NCBI GenBank assembly: GCA_012026655.1
Contig: JAAILG010001223.1
Coordinates: forward strand, 1 to 64,000
DNA length: 64,000 nucleotides
Reading direction: 5' to 3'
Origin: Hydrolagus affinis
Taxonomy: Eukaryota
Below are positions 1-11,745 of the stretch, one piece after another. The translations under genes and the position numbers were made by a program. The first letter of the stretch is position 1. Every line of letters begins with the position of its first letter. Below the pieces are notes generated by a model, which ran no database searches, was not told where the DNA came from, and saw only the letters and a program-made list of their open reading frames with translations.

Positions 1-249
1 TCTCTACTTTTGGTATTGACACGAATACAAAAAGGCAGTCCTAGAAACAAGACAAACCTTAAATTAAATGGAACAGTTGCTTTAAATGACAAAGTGCATT
101 GAAAATGACAGACTCAAGGCTGTCTCTGCCTGTAAAAGCTAAATGAAGTGAGCACTGTGTTTCATAGCGGTTTCCGTAACCTGCTTCAGTAACCTTGTAG
201 TCTCCATAACCTTGGGAGTTATTTTAATTTAAAGAATTTCTAAAAGTTA

Positions 250-440
250 ATAATTTTGTCACTCAATCCACGACCGTTTGTGCAACACTGCTGTGCCCCA
301 TTGGCTGCTGCATTTCACACACAAAATATACAGTCCATTCACTTTACAGTGTATTCTGTGAAGCGCTACAAGACATCTCAAAGATGTGATAAAGCGCTAT
401 ATCAAATGCAAAGTTATTATTTTTCATTATATAATTATTA
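250..440 (+). mobile_element. 5'-truncated copy of the young tRNA/Deu SINE
   Basis: Body and tail (ctgctgtgccccattggctgctg...cagtccattcactttacagt...aaagcgctatatcaaatgcaaagttattat) match the full-length copies in the window. Confidence 0.85.
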
Positions 441-3400
441 CCAGCTATATGCATTCAGAAAATAACATAATCTGGTAGACAATATAAATCTTTCAATACA
501 ACTCTGCCGTAGCCAGTTAAACACATTTTAGTTATAATTCTTCAATTTAATCTTCTGATACAATTAAGTTATGGTATCATTTTAATGAGCAACCTACCAC
601 TGTCATTTCACATTAATCCACAATTAACTCATGATGCCTTACATTAAGGGTAATTTCTGCTGTGGTTTCTTTGGCAATTTCAATACTCTACAAACAGCTC
701 AACATTGACTGTTGTAAACTGATAAGGAATTCAATCTTGGACAAACAGTGAAGTGCAAAATATTGAAATCATCTTTATTTTGCCTCTCACATTCATCTTG
801 ATCACAACCATCAACCACTCTTGGGAAGAGAATCATAGAATCATATTGTCCAGTACCCTTGGTTATATATATTCTGCAGTTACACAATACATTACAAAGC
901 TCCTCTCAAATCTTCAGATCGAGGTTTTTAAATCGAGGGACATATTGTATTTAATTAACCATAAGTATTACTGCCATGAATCTCAATCTCAATCCAACTT
1001 TATTGGTCCAGAGTGAAAATCACATTATATAGGTCTCAGTTTGGAAACAATTTTCCTGTAAACTTCATTTGGGACTGATAGATGAGATGCATCTGACATG
1101 GTTTAATTTAGTCTTCAAGATTATTCTCATGTTCACGCACACTATCTGCAGATATGGCAACATTCAAGGTTGGATTCTCATTTATTTTTGGAATAATAAT
1201 GACAAATATTTGCATTTTAATGACCACAAGAAGAGTTTCCATATAATATTTTTTTTGCAATTCATCAGGAGAACCTTAAGTTTTAGATACTGAATTGAAA
1301 ATAATAATAATAATAATGCTTGCATTTGTCACATTAGGGGTACATCACAAAGACCTTCATGAGATGGAGTACTGCTAAGTGTAGTGATAGTATATTCTGG
1401 AGGCAAATTTACTTCAAACCCTTTGATCAGTTTAAATATTCGGCTCATACTAAAGCAAAATGGCTATTTCATCAGCGTATGTTGTTGTCTGGCAACATAC
1501 TGTATATACAAGTTGGATGAAGTCAGCAACCGCTGACATCATCCGCCTGGCCTCCCTCAAATATTCTGAGTTTGCAGTTTAACCAATGGTTTTCTGGGCA
1601 TCTGTCCACCGTTATCAACATCAAAGCTGCCTCCCTGTAACGTGCTGTAAATAGAACTGCTGTGTTGCTTATCTTAGCAGTAACACTGAGTAAGTCATGT
1701 CAAACCACTCCCCAGAACAGTGCGAGTGAACCTGGAGCTTCAGTCAAAGTAACCAAACGTAGTCGTACCGTAAAAGGAACCCACCATGTCTCCCTTTACC
1801 ACCTTTGTTTCCATTTTGCACCAGATTCAAGACAGAAGATGCATGCAAGATGTTACATTCTTAAAGGGAGTTTAAATTATTCATTGCTTTTGCATGCATT
1901 AGTCATCTTTTCTGCCTGCGGAAACACACAAATGTCTGACATCAACCAGATCATAAAAAAACATACTCTGCATCTTCTATCCACTTGTAAAATAGTTTGT
2001 ATGTGTCACATTTACAAGTTTAATAGCTGCAGTTTCTTTGTACCTTTGTAGTTACCTGACAAAAAGCTGGTGGAAGGCTTCTCAGTGCACTCAATAAAGA
2101 GAAGAAGGCATCAGACCTTCGTGGCATCAACCCTTTTAAGCACATTTTGTGTCAAGACGAGAGTTTAATTGCTTTTCTTTTTTTTGCCGCACATCTCACG
2201 AAAGAAGTCTCTTGTCAGGAAAACTGACAGAAGCTTTATAATTGTGGAGCACTTACTTGTTGTTCAAAGAAGTGTTGGGAGCAGTACTGCCAGACATTTT
2301 TTGAGTGGAATTAAAAAAAATATGTTTTGCGGATGTGTGGAGGGGGTAGGGGATGGGCGTGGGGGAAGAACAAAAGCTTTCATGTACACAATTAAAATGT
2401 TCCTCGAAATCCATATACAGATCTCTCTCCGCAGAGCCCACAGCTGCAACAAATGCCTGATCAAAAAATTTGATAGAAACCACACTCATCTCAGGAATGA
2501 AGGAAACAGTTCTTTCAAGTGTTTGAAATGAAAATTCTTTTTTTCATGTCTCGTGTCCTGATTGTGAATTTATTAACATATGCTTAAGCAAATATCGGAT
2601 CAGGTAATAGATAAATCTGCACTGGGAAACTGTGCATGATGAGATTAAATGACAATTCACCCACAAGTGATGGAGGATTCATTGTTCTCCATCTATGCAG
2701 TGTGTGAGAGGAAGACTGAACAATTAGCCATACTGTGAATTGACTAAAACTTTTATCATGTATTAACCGTGCAAGGGAAAATCGTTCTTGTTCTCCTGCC
2801 TGTAAATCCTGTTATTAAAATGCTATTGCTGGAACTTTGTAAAGCTATACATTTTCAAGCCGGGCTTCCTGGAAGGCCATTTAATTGACAGTAGAAACAC
2901 ATGTAGCTTTGCCAGACACATGATTCCCTGCCCTCAATAATTATCAATTATTTTATCGAGATCACCCTTTTCAAAAAACAAATGGAAATGATAAGGGCCA
3001 AGTTTTAAGAATATTTGTAAATATTTTACAGATGTGAAGTGTATATATGTATAAATATATAAAAAATGTAATTTGTTGTTGTTCAAAAATAAATGTGACA
3101 TTTGGGATATATTTATGCCTACACGTTCACACACAGTTAGTACATTGGTCAGCAAATCTTATCTTTAAAGCGCTAAGAGTCATTGTGACTTTAAAATTGT
3201 CAGATATCAAATACAATTTCTTACGTTAGTATTATTATCATAAAGAAAAACACATTTTCAATGCAGCCATGACTGTTTTGCACAAGACATGACCCACAGC
3301 CGAACAGTAACAGTCCCGACATACACCTGCACTCAATTTAATTAATCCATGGCGTTTACCACATTTTCATTAGTTTCAGAGTAAAATCTCATTTCAAATA

Positions 3401-3574
3401 CAAGGCAATTAAGCCTGAGTATTTGCTAAACAAAAACCCTATCTTAACCTCAGACATTCATGGGAGTCATTTGATGACTAAACAAAGTTGAACTCATTTT
3501 CAGGCATTCATGTGATTTTAAACTATATAGAACATCGTACCGGAATGCACTACGACCTAAGATTGTGTGTTTTA

Positions 3575-3640
3575 GTCTGGCACAGTGGTACCACTCTTGA
3601 CTCTTGAGACCGAATGTTGTGGTTTCAATTCCCATTTCAA
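3575..3640 (+). mobile_element. Old tRNA-derived SINE head (SacSINE1-like)
   Basis: A-box-like TGGCACAGTGGTA and B-box-like GGTTTCAATTCCC at tRNA-like spacing. The sequence differs from the adjacent young SINE head. Confidence 0.5.
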
Positions 3641-3648
3641 CACAATAC

Positions 3649-4030
3649 AGTCCTGCAGCTCAGTGGTTAGAGCACATACCTTGCAAGTGAAAGACCTGGA
3701 TTCGATTCCCAGCAGGGCAAAACCGTGGGCAAGTTTCCTTGCTCCACCTGTCTGATAATCAATCAATCAATCAATCGAAACTTACATTTACATAGCGCCT
3801 TTCACGTCAAGAGGACGTCCCAAGGCACTCAATAATAATCCCTCAAAAAATAATAATTGTGTCACTCAATCCGTGATGGTTTGTGGAACACTACTGTGCG
3901 CAATTGGCTGCCAAGTTTCGCCCACAAATATACAGTCAATTCACCTTACAGTATATTCTGTAAAGTGCTCTGAGATGTCTAGAAGACATGTATCAAATGC
4001 AGGATTAAGGATTATTATTATTATTATTAT
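3649..4030 (+). mobile_element. Full-length tRNA/Deu SINE interrupted by an antisense L2 tail
   Basis: Head AGCTCAGTGGTTAGAGC...GGATTCGATTCCC, Deu-like body and (TTA)n tail, with a ~70-bp insertion at 3761-3830. Confidence 0.9.
3761..3830 (-). mobile_element. Very short L2-type 3' end with (GATT)n tail
   Basis: Reverse complement reads gtgccttgggacgtcctcttgacgtgaaaggcgctatgtaaatgtaag...(gatt)n, the same end as the L2 at 22534. Confidence 0.8.
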
Positions 4031-4129
4031 CCATGTGTGGTTCAAAGCACCGGACAGGAAATGCAGGCAATTTACACAGCGGTACAATTCTTTCGGCGCC
4101 AGGCAATTTATAGTCCCTGAACCCAAATG

Positions 4130-4250
4130 GCAAATGTTGGCAACCTGTTCAGATGTGGGCACATGACAGCCAAGGCTGATCTTGTCCTCACCCAACATCC
4201 GCAGGCAGTAGCATGCAAGACGACTCTTAACTGGCCATGATCTGGATTAA
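4130..4250 (-). repeat. Fragment of the older dispersed repeat family (see 18740, 60440)
   Basis: gttggcaacctgttcaga...gacagccaaggctgatcttgtcctcacccaacatcc resembles 54805-54870. Confidence 0.5.
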
Positions 4251-4791
4251 TGGGCTTTGTTCTGTTGATACGCTTTCAGTAAATCTGATTCACCGCTGCA
4301 CCAGACAGATTCTAAACCAAATTACACTGCTTCATGTAATTTAATTTAAGTGGTGTTTGACAGTAGAGTTACATAAACCATTTTGCAAAAATGTATTACC
4401 AAGAAACTGTAAATGATTATGATTGATGGTTCCAAGCACAAACATTACTGTTATTATTTTACCAATATAAACGTGATAAAAAACAATCATTATAAATAAG
4501 GGTTTACCCATAAGGAAAACGTCTGACCGCAACTATGCAAACAAGATTCTCATCTAAACACTATCCTGTAAAACCAAACCCAACATGACAGCTGATGCCA
4601 AATCTCAATCAAAACAGTTTTCAATTCACCCCACCCACCCCCCACCCTGTCATATAATTGATATAGCATCCTACAATAGTACAGTGCCCTTCTTCAACAA
4701 GACAATTTTACGTTAAAAGTCAAGTTAATCCAGTAAAGATATAACCAGAGAATACACTTCTCCACCAGTTAAAATGCTCACCCTCTGCCCA

Positions 4792-4958
4792 GATAATAAT
4801 AATTTGGTCACTCAATCCGCGTCTGTTTGTGGGACGTCGCTGTGTTCAATTGGCTGCTGCATTTCTCCCACAAAAGGTACAGTCAATTCACTTTACAGTA
4901 TATTATGTGAAGTGCTTTGAGACAAACGTGACAAGTCGCTATATTAAAAGGATTATTA
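4792..4958 (+). mobile_element. 3' half of tRNA/Deu SINE
   Basis: ggtcactcaatcc...tttgtgggacgtcgctgtg...cagtcaattcactttacagtatatt...ggattatta. Confidence 0.85.
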
Positions 4959-5181
4959 CCATACCATGACATTGCTGCTGCACAGTGCAAAGCTGACAGC
5001 AATATTCACACTGGCATCTATTTTTACTCTGTACATAAGACTCACAATACTTCCCATTTGTGTTTGACAGATGTGCAGGATTCAAAAATCAGATTGGTAG
5101 TACTCTTTAAACTATGCTATTTGATATATCTATGTTTGCAGGTTTAAGTTGAAGATGAGTGGCAGTCTTTTGCTTTCATAC

Positions 5182-5365
5182 CTTTCCAATGCCTGGGTTG
5201 TCCTTGACTTTAGACACGGCCCTCAAAAGGCATGGTGGTGCTGGGGGAGGAGATACTTGCAGAATGCCACTGAAATCTGTGGTGTAGGACGAGAACTCGT
5301 GAGAATGCTGGAGACCTGGATGGTGTTTCTTTCGCTTCGAAGATAGATTCAGCTTTTGTGCTGCT
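5182..5365 (-). CDS. KIF26A: KIF26A-like internal coding exon (probably exon 5), 184 bp, phase 2-0, just before the motor domain
   Basis: Translates (R)[15 protein letters not shown]...[33 protein letters not shown]. Acceptor ccttacAG at 5367-5366; donor AAG|GTATGA starting at 5181. The split codon AG+A gives Arg and joins the previous exon in frame. Confidence 0.95.
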
Positions 5366-7569
5366 CTGTAAGGATGGAAGAGGTAAAAAAAAACTAGTGT
5401 TACCAAGAGGCAAATGTCATTTAGCCCAGGAAAACAGATGTTGAAAGTCATTGTCACCCACTTAACAAATCAACTCACTTGATTGTAATTTAATTCTTTA
5501 AGGATGTTTGGTCAGGAGACTAATCTGAGCAGATTCGGGCAGAAATATGGTCAACGTGCTATTCACTTAATTTCTCCAAAGCAGAGTTTCAAATAGGCTA
5601 TAACTCTCCAGGGCAGCTGAAAATCTCATTGACATTGTAAAATCTTTCAAACCAGTCTCCTGTCACTATTAGACCAGATGGGCTACTTTCGTGGTAACAT
5701 TTTGCATACAGTACATCATGATCTAACAAGTTATTAGCATTTCAGAGGATTCACATTCCTATGGTAGATGGTGAAATGTAAAGCAGTGGTCACTTTTGTA
5801 GTTTCCCCACTAACTACATTAGTTGTATTCCTGCGTTGCTCGAGAGCTGAAAAAAAAGCAGGCAGACAGGCCCAGCACCCCATAAATAATTCTGTACCAC
5901 AGTGGCTCATTAAAGCAGCAAACCTCAATGAAACAAAAACATTAAAGCACTAATGCTTGATCTAGTATAAAAAATTAATTTTGTCAATTCATCACAGGTC
6001 ATGTGTTCATTCTTTACAGTAATTGACAATATAAAAAATACTCCAAAGAAAAGGAAAAATCACTACCTTTCCCGCTGACCATTTATTCACACATTTACAA
6101 AATGTAATGGGGTGTGGGTGGGGAGAAGTGGTGGGGGGTGGGGGAGGGGGGGAACGACATGAATCTTTGGACATTCCTCCTCTGAAATGTGGTGATAAAC
6201 ACTTTTGTTTTGCAAAACAGAGCATGTAGTTAAGTCTTGGGTAGGAATGACAACTCCAACCTCTAGAGGTTCCAATCCAAATACAGACAAAAAATACACA
6301 AGAGCTGATGAAATAATTATTACTTCAATAAAGTCTAGTATAGGATTTCCCTAGGGACGGGCTGTGTAAGGAAGCGGGAGCTAAAGGCTGCATTTGCACA
6401 TCTACTGCTCATTCAAGCAGATGAAGCTTAACTGCTGGATGCTGGAAGTTCTAACAAGCAATCTTCACACAGTATCAACAGAATACCAAGAAAAATGAAA
6501 CTCTTTCCGAATATAGTTCTGCATAGCAGGCACATAGAGGGAAGTCTGATACAAAAAGACAAATGTGGATTTGTGGAATGATTGTCCCTATGGCTTTAAT
6601 TTAGTCAAAGAAAAATATTACCTGCAAAACAAAATGATTTATTATCTGGTTCTGATACTTACACATGTTGAGGTAAGTTCTTCATTGGAAGTATTAGCTG
6701 GATAGGCTATTTATTTATTTGTATATTGGAGCAAAAAGGACAATGACACAAGGCATAAAGGATTAGGACCATTTAAAGTAGGTCTGGGTGCAAGAGCAGC
6801 TAAATGCACACTCAGGTTTCTGAGCCAGCATTATTCAAGCATGACTTTGTTTGAATGAATTCACCTCCGTCACCAGAAAAGCAACAATTCTAAATGGCAA
6901 CGTTACAGTAGAGATCAATATTACAATTGCAAACCCGCGAAACAAACTACACAAGCACGAGATGTTTGCCTCGCACTCATTAAGGACAGTAAACATCATA
7001 TTTTACAATCTCAAATAACAACCCCCCACCATTTAAAAATATATATATATATATCTGCACAACTCTGAAAGAGAGATCTACTAAATATGATTGATAACCA
7101 ATATAATGAAGGTGTCTGGAGTCAACTGTTGTAAATCAATACAGGAAAAGATGCTTGAATTTACTTACAGTTCCCTCCAATCCATCATCTAGTTAGGGTT
7201 TATAACCAGCACATGAAGCCAATAAACTACAACTTTCCCATCCATTTTGCTTTGACACTCCATTATGCAGGATGTGTAGGGACACATTGGTCCAGCGGCA
7301 ATCATTGAAGTTTCCACATGATTACACAGTGACTTTTGACAAACCGCTGAGCTCAACAAAGACACTGCAGTGGTGCTGAACACAAGTCATCGCAATGTAC
7401 GAAATAGCGTAAACGTGAAAAGCTGCTAGAATATCATATTGCACGTTTGCTCCGTCTTCCCGAGTTTTGTTTGTGACGAAAAATGCCTTAACTTTATCTT
7501 TAGCTGTTGATCATTTTGACTCGATTTCAAATCTCCCTCTCTCTCTCTCTGGCTGATTCCCATGTCTCC

Positions 7570-8100
7570 AAAAGTTGCATTAACTCAGCTGTATTTAGTG
7601 GATGAGCAGATCAGCCTGTCTCCAGCACCTTTTATGAATGCTCACCAGAAAACTAAACACTAATCCACCTAATCTATGCTTACTCAAGAAACAAAAGCTC
7701 GGGTGTGATTTGCCCTGCGCATCCCTTGTCCAAGGCTCCTCCTTGTCAATATCTTCAATGAGCAGCCTTCAGTTAATCATGATGCAAATTAAAATTTCTC
7801 CATTGCTTTGACAGCTAACTGGCAGGTGTCCTTGATTCTTCCAGCCCCCCTCCTATTCTCCAGTGCCAGCTGAGGTATCAATACATTCACACTATGTCAC
7901 TGTCACCTCTTCCATTCCTTCCACCCTCCACTTGCATCAGGAAGATTATCATGAATTCTTTATTAGCCAGAAAAGAAAATTCTTGTTCCCTCTGCCCTCA
8001 AACTGTGCTGCAACATGATTCTGCCTCTTTCATACTGCTTTATGCAAATCCTTAGAGACCTCTATTCAACCATTCTAAAATCATTGCTTCCTTACTTTCT
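7570..8100 (+). mobile_element. Highly decayed L2 ORF2 remnant
   Basis: Pyrimidine-rich, with motif-like traces (tggatgagc WM, ctcgggtgtg LGV-like, accctccact LH, aaattcttgtt KILV-like) in the expected order. No intact frame. Confidence 0.35.
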
Positions 8101-8955
8101 AGTCCTAAATAAACACTGCTGAATATCCGACTGCCAAAGCAGCATGGAATTCTTTGTGCGAAATGGGAAAGAATCTGAATAATGAACCCTTGCCCTCGAA
8201 AGAGAAAAATTCTACATTATTAAAAGCATTCATGTGTTTCTCATGGTAGAGATCAATTTTAGGCAGCCTGAAGTTAAAAAAAAGAATCGCATGCCTTTCT
8301 AAATAGAATTGCCACTTAGCAACATGTGTGCAGGAAATAGCTATTGTATATCTTTCCGAGCGTGTGCTTGTCTTACACATGTTTCTAAAGCAGCAGCACC
8401 CAAGACAAATTTCTCATTGTTTCTCAAACAGCCACGGAGATCAATTGAAGAACAGCAGGCATCGTGTAGCTTTAGTCAACTGCTGTATTTTATTTGGTAA
8501 CTGCGGTTCTTATGCCATGGGTAACAGATTCGACACTGTAAGTCTGGTCTCAGTGTATCAGATTCATTGTCACAGACCAAGTTGAACTCTCCTGGATACA
8601 ATAAGTGTTCTCAATACGGCAGTGAGACCTGATGGTTTTTGCTCGTTTCATTTCTTTGTTCGAAAGAAACTGGGGCAGCCTAATTCTGGATGGTGGGAGT
8701 GGCACAAAGAGTGGATGTGAGTTCAGGGGTACAATCGGGACAACTTGTCATCAGGTTATACTGGCATTAGTCCAAATCAGTAGCAGCATGAAACTACCCC
8801 TGAGAGTAGTCAGTTTTATACCAATTTGGAGTGCATAATCATTCCAATATATTTCGTTTCAGAAGCTGGTTGAATCTCGGTCCAATGCATTCATTAAAAT
8901 TCAGTGCACAACCATAAAAAGGTGGGCAAAGCACTCACTGAGTGCCCAGTGGCAG

Positions 8956-8958
<3 letters not shown>

Positions 8959-8990
<32 letters not shown>
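8959..8990. repeat. (CA)16 microsatellite
   Basis: Read directly from the sequence. Confidence 0.95.
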
Positions 8991-8994
<4 letters not shown>

Positions 8995-9204
8995 TATGGA
9001 CCAAACACCCTCACATATTTTACCATTAAAATTAAGTTCTTTGTTAATTACAGTTCAGGCTTTGTGATGAAGAACTGAAACGAATTCTTGTAGTTTCAGG
9101 GAAAGTGGCCTACACACAAAATCAAGCAACAGCAGTACCCATATCAGAGCTGCTGCTATCCAATGCAATCAAGTGACACTTTGTGAAAGGAGCACTTATT
9201 AAAT

Positions 9205-9630
9205 GGATAACCCTTGCATTTGATGTAGCAACTTATCACGCTGTCAAAACATTTCAAAAGTGCTTCACGAGATTAATGTAGAGCGTCCTTGGCAAATGTT
9301 CCGATTTGCTTTTTTTTAAATTGTTACATGCACATTTTAACCTGAAAAAAGGTATATTTGAATTTGATTTTCATCTTGGAAACGGTGGGAAAATTAACAT
9401 AGTCCCTTGGAAAAGGTGGGAGCACCAAAGAATGGTTAGATATATAATGAGGCAGTCAATTTGTGCACAGCAATGTCCCACAAGCAGCCTTGAAGTGAAT
9501 GACCAATTTTATCTGGGGGATGGTGGACTAGGATACCAGGAGAAACTCTATTCTCTTTTCTAAATGTGCCATGGAATCTTTTGGATCCACCTAACCAGCT
9601 CAGTTTATTATTTCAGCCAAAGAACGGATG
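9205..9630 (-). mobile_element. Older Deu-domain SINE (SacSINE1/AmnSINE1-like)
   Basis: Tail at 9210-9270, then ggcagtcaatttgtgcacagcaatgtcccacaag...aatgacca...ggataccaggagaaactc...gtgccatggaatctttt, the reverse complement of the Deu core as recalled. Confidence 0.7.
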
Positions 9631-10242
9631 ACACTTTGGTCGAATATTCATAAAATGAATTACTAATCTACTTAATATTTTAACATCTTCACATTGCATA
9701 TTAATAGAGGTTGTGGATTACATTACACCAGCTGGTGAGTTTTTTTTAAAAAAAATCATTTTTCACCGCACCGATTTGTGCGAAATTGTGGGGAGTCGAA
9801 CACTAAAATAAAATTCCTTTTGAAATTAAATAATAAATATATTCCTGTCAATATTTCTATTTCAAGAAAGGGGGTGGTGGGGGTTCAAACAGAACCAGTG
9901 CTGCAATATTCCCCAACCTGTGACTGAGGTACTGTATATATAATTCACCGTGTTTACACAGCAGGACGGTTAGGGCAACACCAGCAGCTAAAGAGACAAT
10001 AGATGTCACGTTGATGTTGCTTGCTTGAAGTGTCCCTTGGATCAATTGTGCTCTCACTTTGTTTCTGACACTCAGGCATCCTAAGCTGCATCTCAAGTGG
10101 AGGCAACCTCTCTAATACAGCTGGATGTGCTATCAACAGATTGAATTCTCGAGTCAGTACATTTATACAGGTGGATTCAATAAGTATACACTGAGTACTC
10201 CAGCTTCTGCTGAACCTTGGTCACACTTAATACATAAACAAA

Positions 10243-10300
10243 TAACAACAACAACAAATTACATTTATAGAGCACCTTTCACGTCGGGAGGATGTCCCAA
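10243..10300 (-). mobile_element. Very short L2 3' end with (TTG)n tail
   Basis: (aac)n aaattacatttatagagcacctttcacgtcgggaggatgtccca. Confidence 0.75.
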
Positions 10301-11067
10301 TAAATAATCTTAGAAGCAACTCATTTGGTCCCGTAATCGAGCAGTACAGTGTTGCTCTTAGTAATAATAATAATTATATCAAAGGACCACAGGATAGCCA
10401 GTGTGAAGTCAACATAACCAGCATACCAGAGGTCTAGTAATAACCAAATCCTCCTCACTTACTAAAGGAATATCTTCTCGGCAATCTATATCGAAATGTT
10501 AGAATTCCAACAGCTGCCTGCTATTTTAGATTAATACAGATCTTAAAAGAGAATATGTATTTCTTTGCAAATTGTACCCTTTCAAACCCATGTTTACTGG
10601 CAATACGGTAACATAGTATTAGTTATAATAACCAATAATAAACAAATACTTTCTTCTTATATTCTGACAAGTGTCAGTTTTACTGGGAAGATAGTGCCTT
10701 CTCTATAGGTGCAGAAATGACTGATTGTTATTATATCAGGATTTATCGTCCTGGCCAGTTCCTTTGTGAAGACAAGACAATTGCAGTTTTCTAAAGCTAC
10801 TGATCACCATTGTCAGTTTGAGGAGAAATGTCATCCTTACAATTCCATATGTAATTCCTTTCCTTTTATTCCTTGGAACTGGAGATCATCATTCACAGTT
10901 AATTGAAAAAGAATTGCAACGGTTTATACGCTAATCTGAATTGGCTGTCAAACCCTTCCTTTCAAAGTTGGTGTCCTGATTAATACAACTTGCAGAAGAG
11001 AATATAACTCAGAAGTACAAATCTCAGAGGAAAAATATGTTGTAAACTTTTGTTATGAAGCACTTGT

Positions 11068-11140
11068 TTTGAAGAGCTTTGAGATGTCTAGAAGACGTGA
11101 AAAGCACTAGATCAAATGCAAGGATTATTATTATGTTATT
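11068..11140 (+). mobile_element. SINE 3' tail fragment
   Basis: gaagagctttgagatgtctagaagacgtgaaaagcactagatcaaatgcaaggattattatta. Confidence 0.8.
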
Positions 11141-11291
11141 CTTTTCAAGCAATTACTGACATCTACAAAACACTAAAGCTATTGAAGATGTCAAAAATTA
11201 AAATCAAAGGAGGTTTGATAGGCCAGTTGATACAATGCCCACCCAGTTTGATCTCAGCAGAGGTGAAAGTAGCTCTTATGATCCACAAAAC

Positions 11292-11372
11292 CTACAGTCA
11301 CTCCACTTTACAGTATATTCTGTGAAGCACTTTGGGACGTCCTCCTAAATACTAAATATAAGGATTATTATA
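11292..11372 (+). mobile_element. SINE 3' fragment
   Basis: cagtcactccactttacagtatattctgtgaagcactttgggacgtcc...ggattatta. Confidence 0.7.
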
Positions 11373-11489
11373 TTCCTTATATAATTATATATTTCTTATA
11401 TTATTATTATTGGCCCCATTATTCTGAGTGAAGGAAATCCCCCCCCCACCTTGCTTCCACCCTCCCTGTCCACGGCCCCAGCTCAGGTC

Positions 11490-11560
11490 TGAAACATTGA
11501 CTGTCCAGCACCTCCTGACGTGAAAGGCACTATACAAGTGTAAATTTGTTGTTGTTGTTG
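11490..11560 (+). mobile_element. Short L2 3' end with (TTG)n tail
   Basis: actgtccagcacctcctgacgtgaaaggcactatacaagtgtaaatttgttgttgttgttg. Confidence 0.75.
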
Positions 11561-11589
11561 AAGTAAAGAGAACGTCAGCCCCACCACTT

Positions 11590-11745
11590 ATTGTAATCCA
11601 GAGACTGCTGCTAGTAACTGTGGGTGTGTGGCTATCAGGTGAGGGCATGTTAGACTTGACAGTTAGACTGCCTACAAGAGCAACTTGCGTCTTGATAGAG
11701 GCACTCACATGAGTCAATGCCTTCCGCTGAGGAGAGAATAAGGGT
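11590..11745 (+). repeat. Fragment of the older dispersed repeat family
   Basis: atccagagactgctgctag...gtgtgtgg..atcaggtgaggg...ctcacatga..gccttc..gaggagag parallels 60500-60715. Confidence 0.5.

Noticed and set aside
6108-6153. G-run tract with G-quadruplex potential (similar tracts near 48560, 48830, 60430)
   Set aside because: Such G/C tracts are common throughout the window, and nothing marks these as functional.
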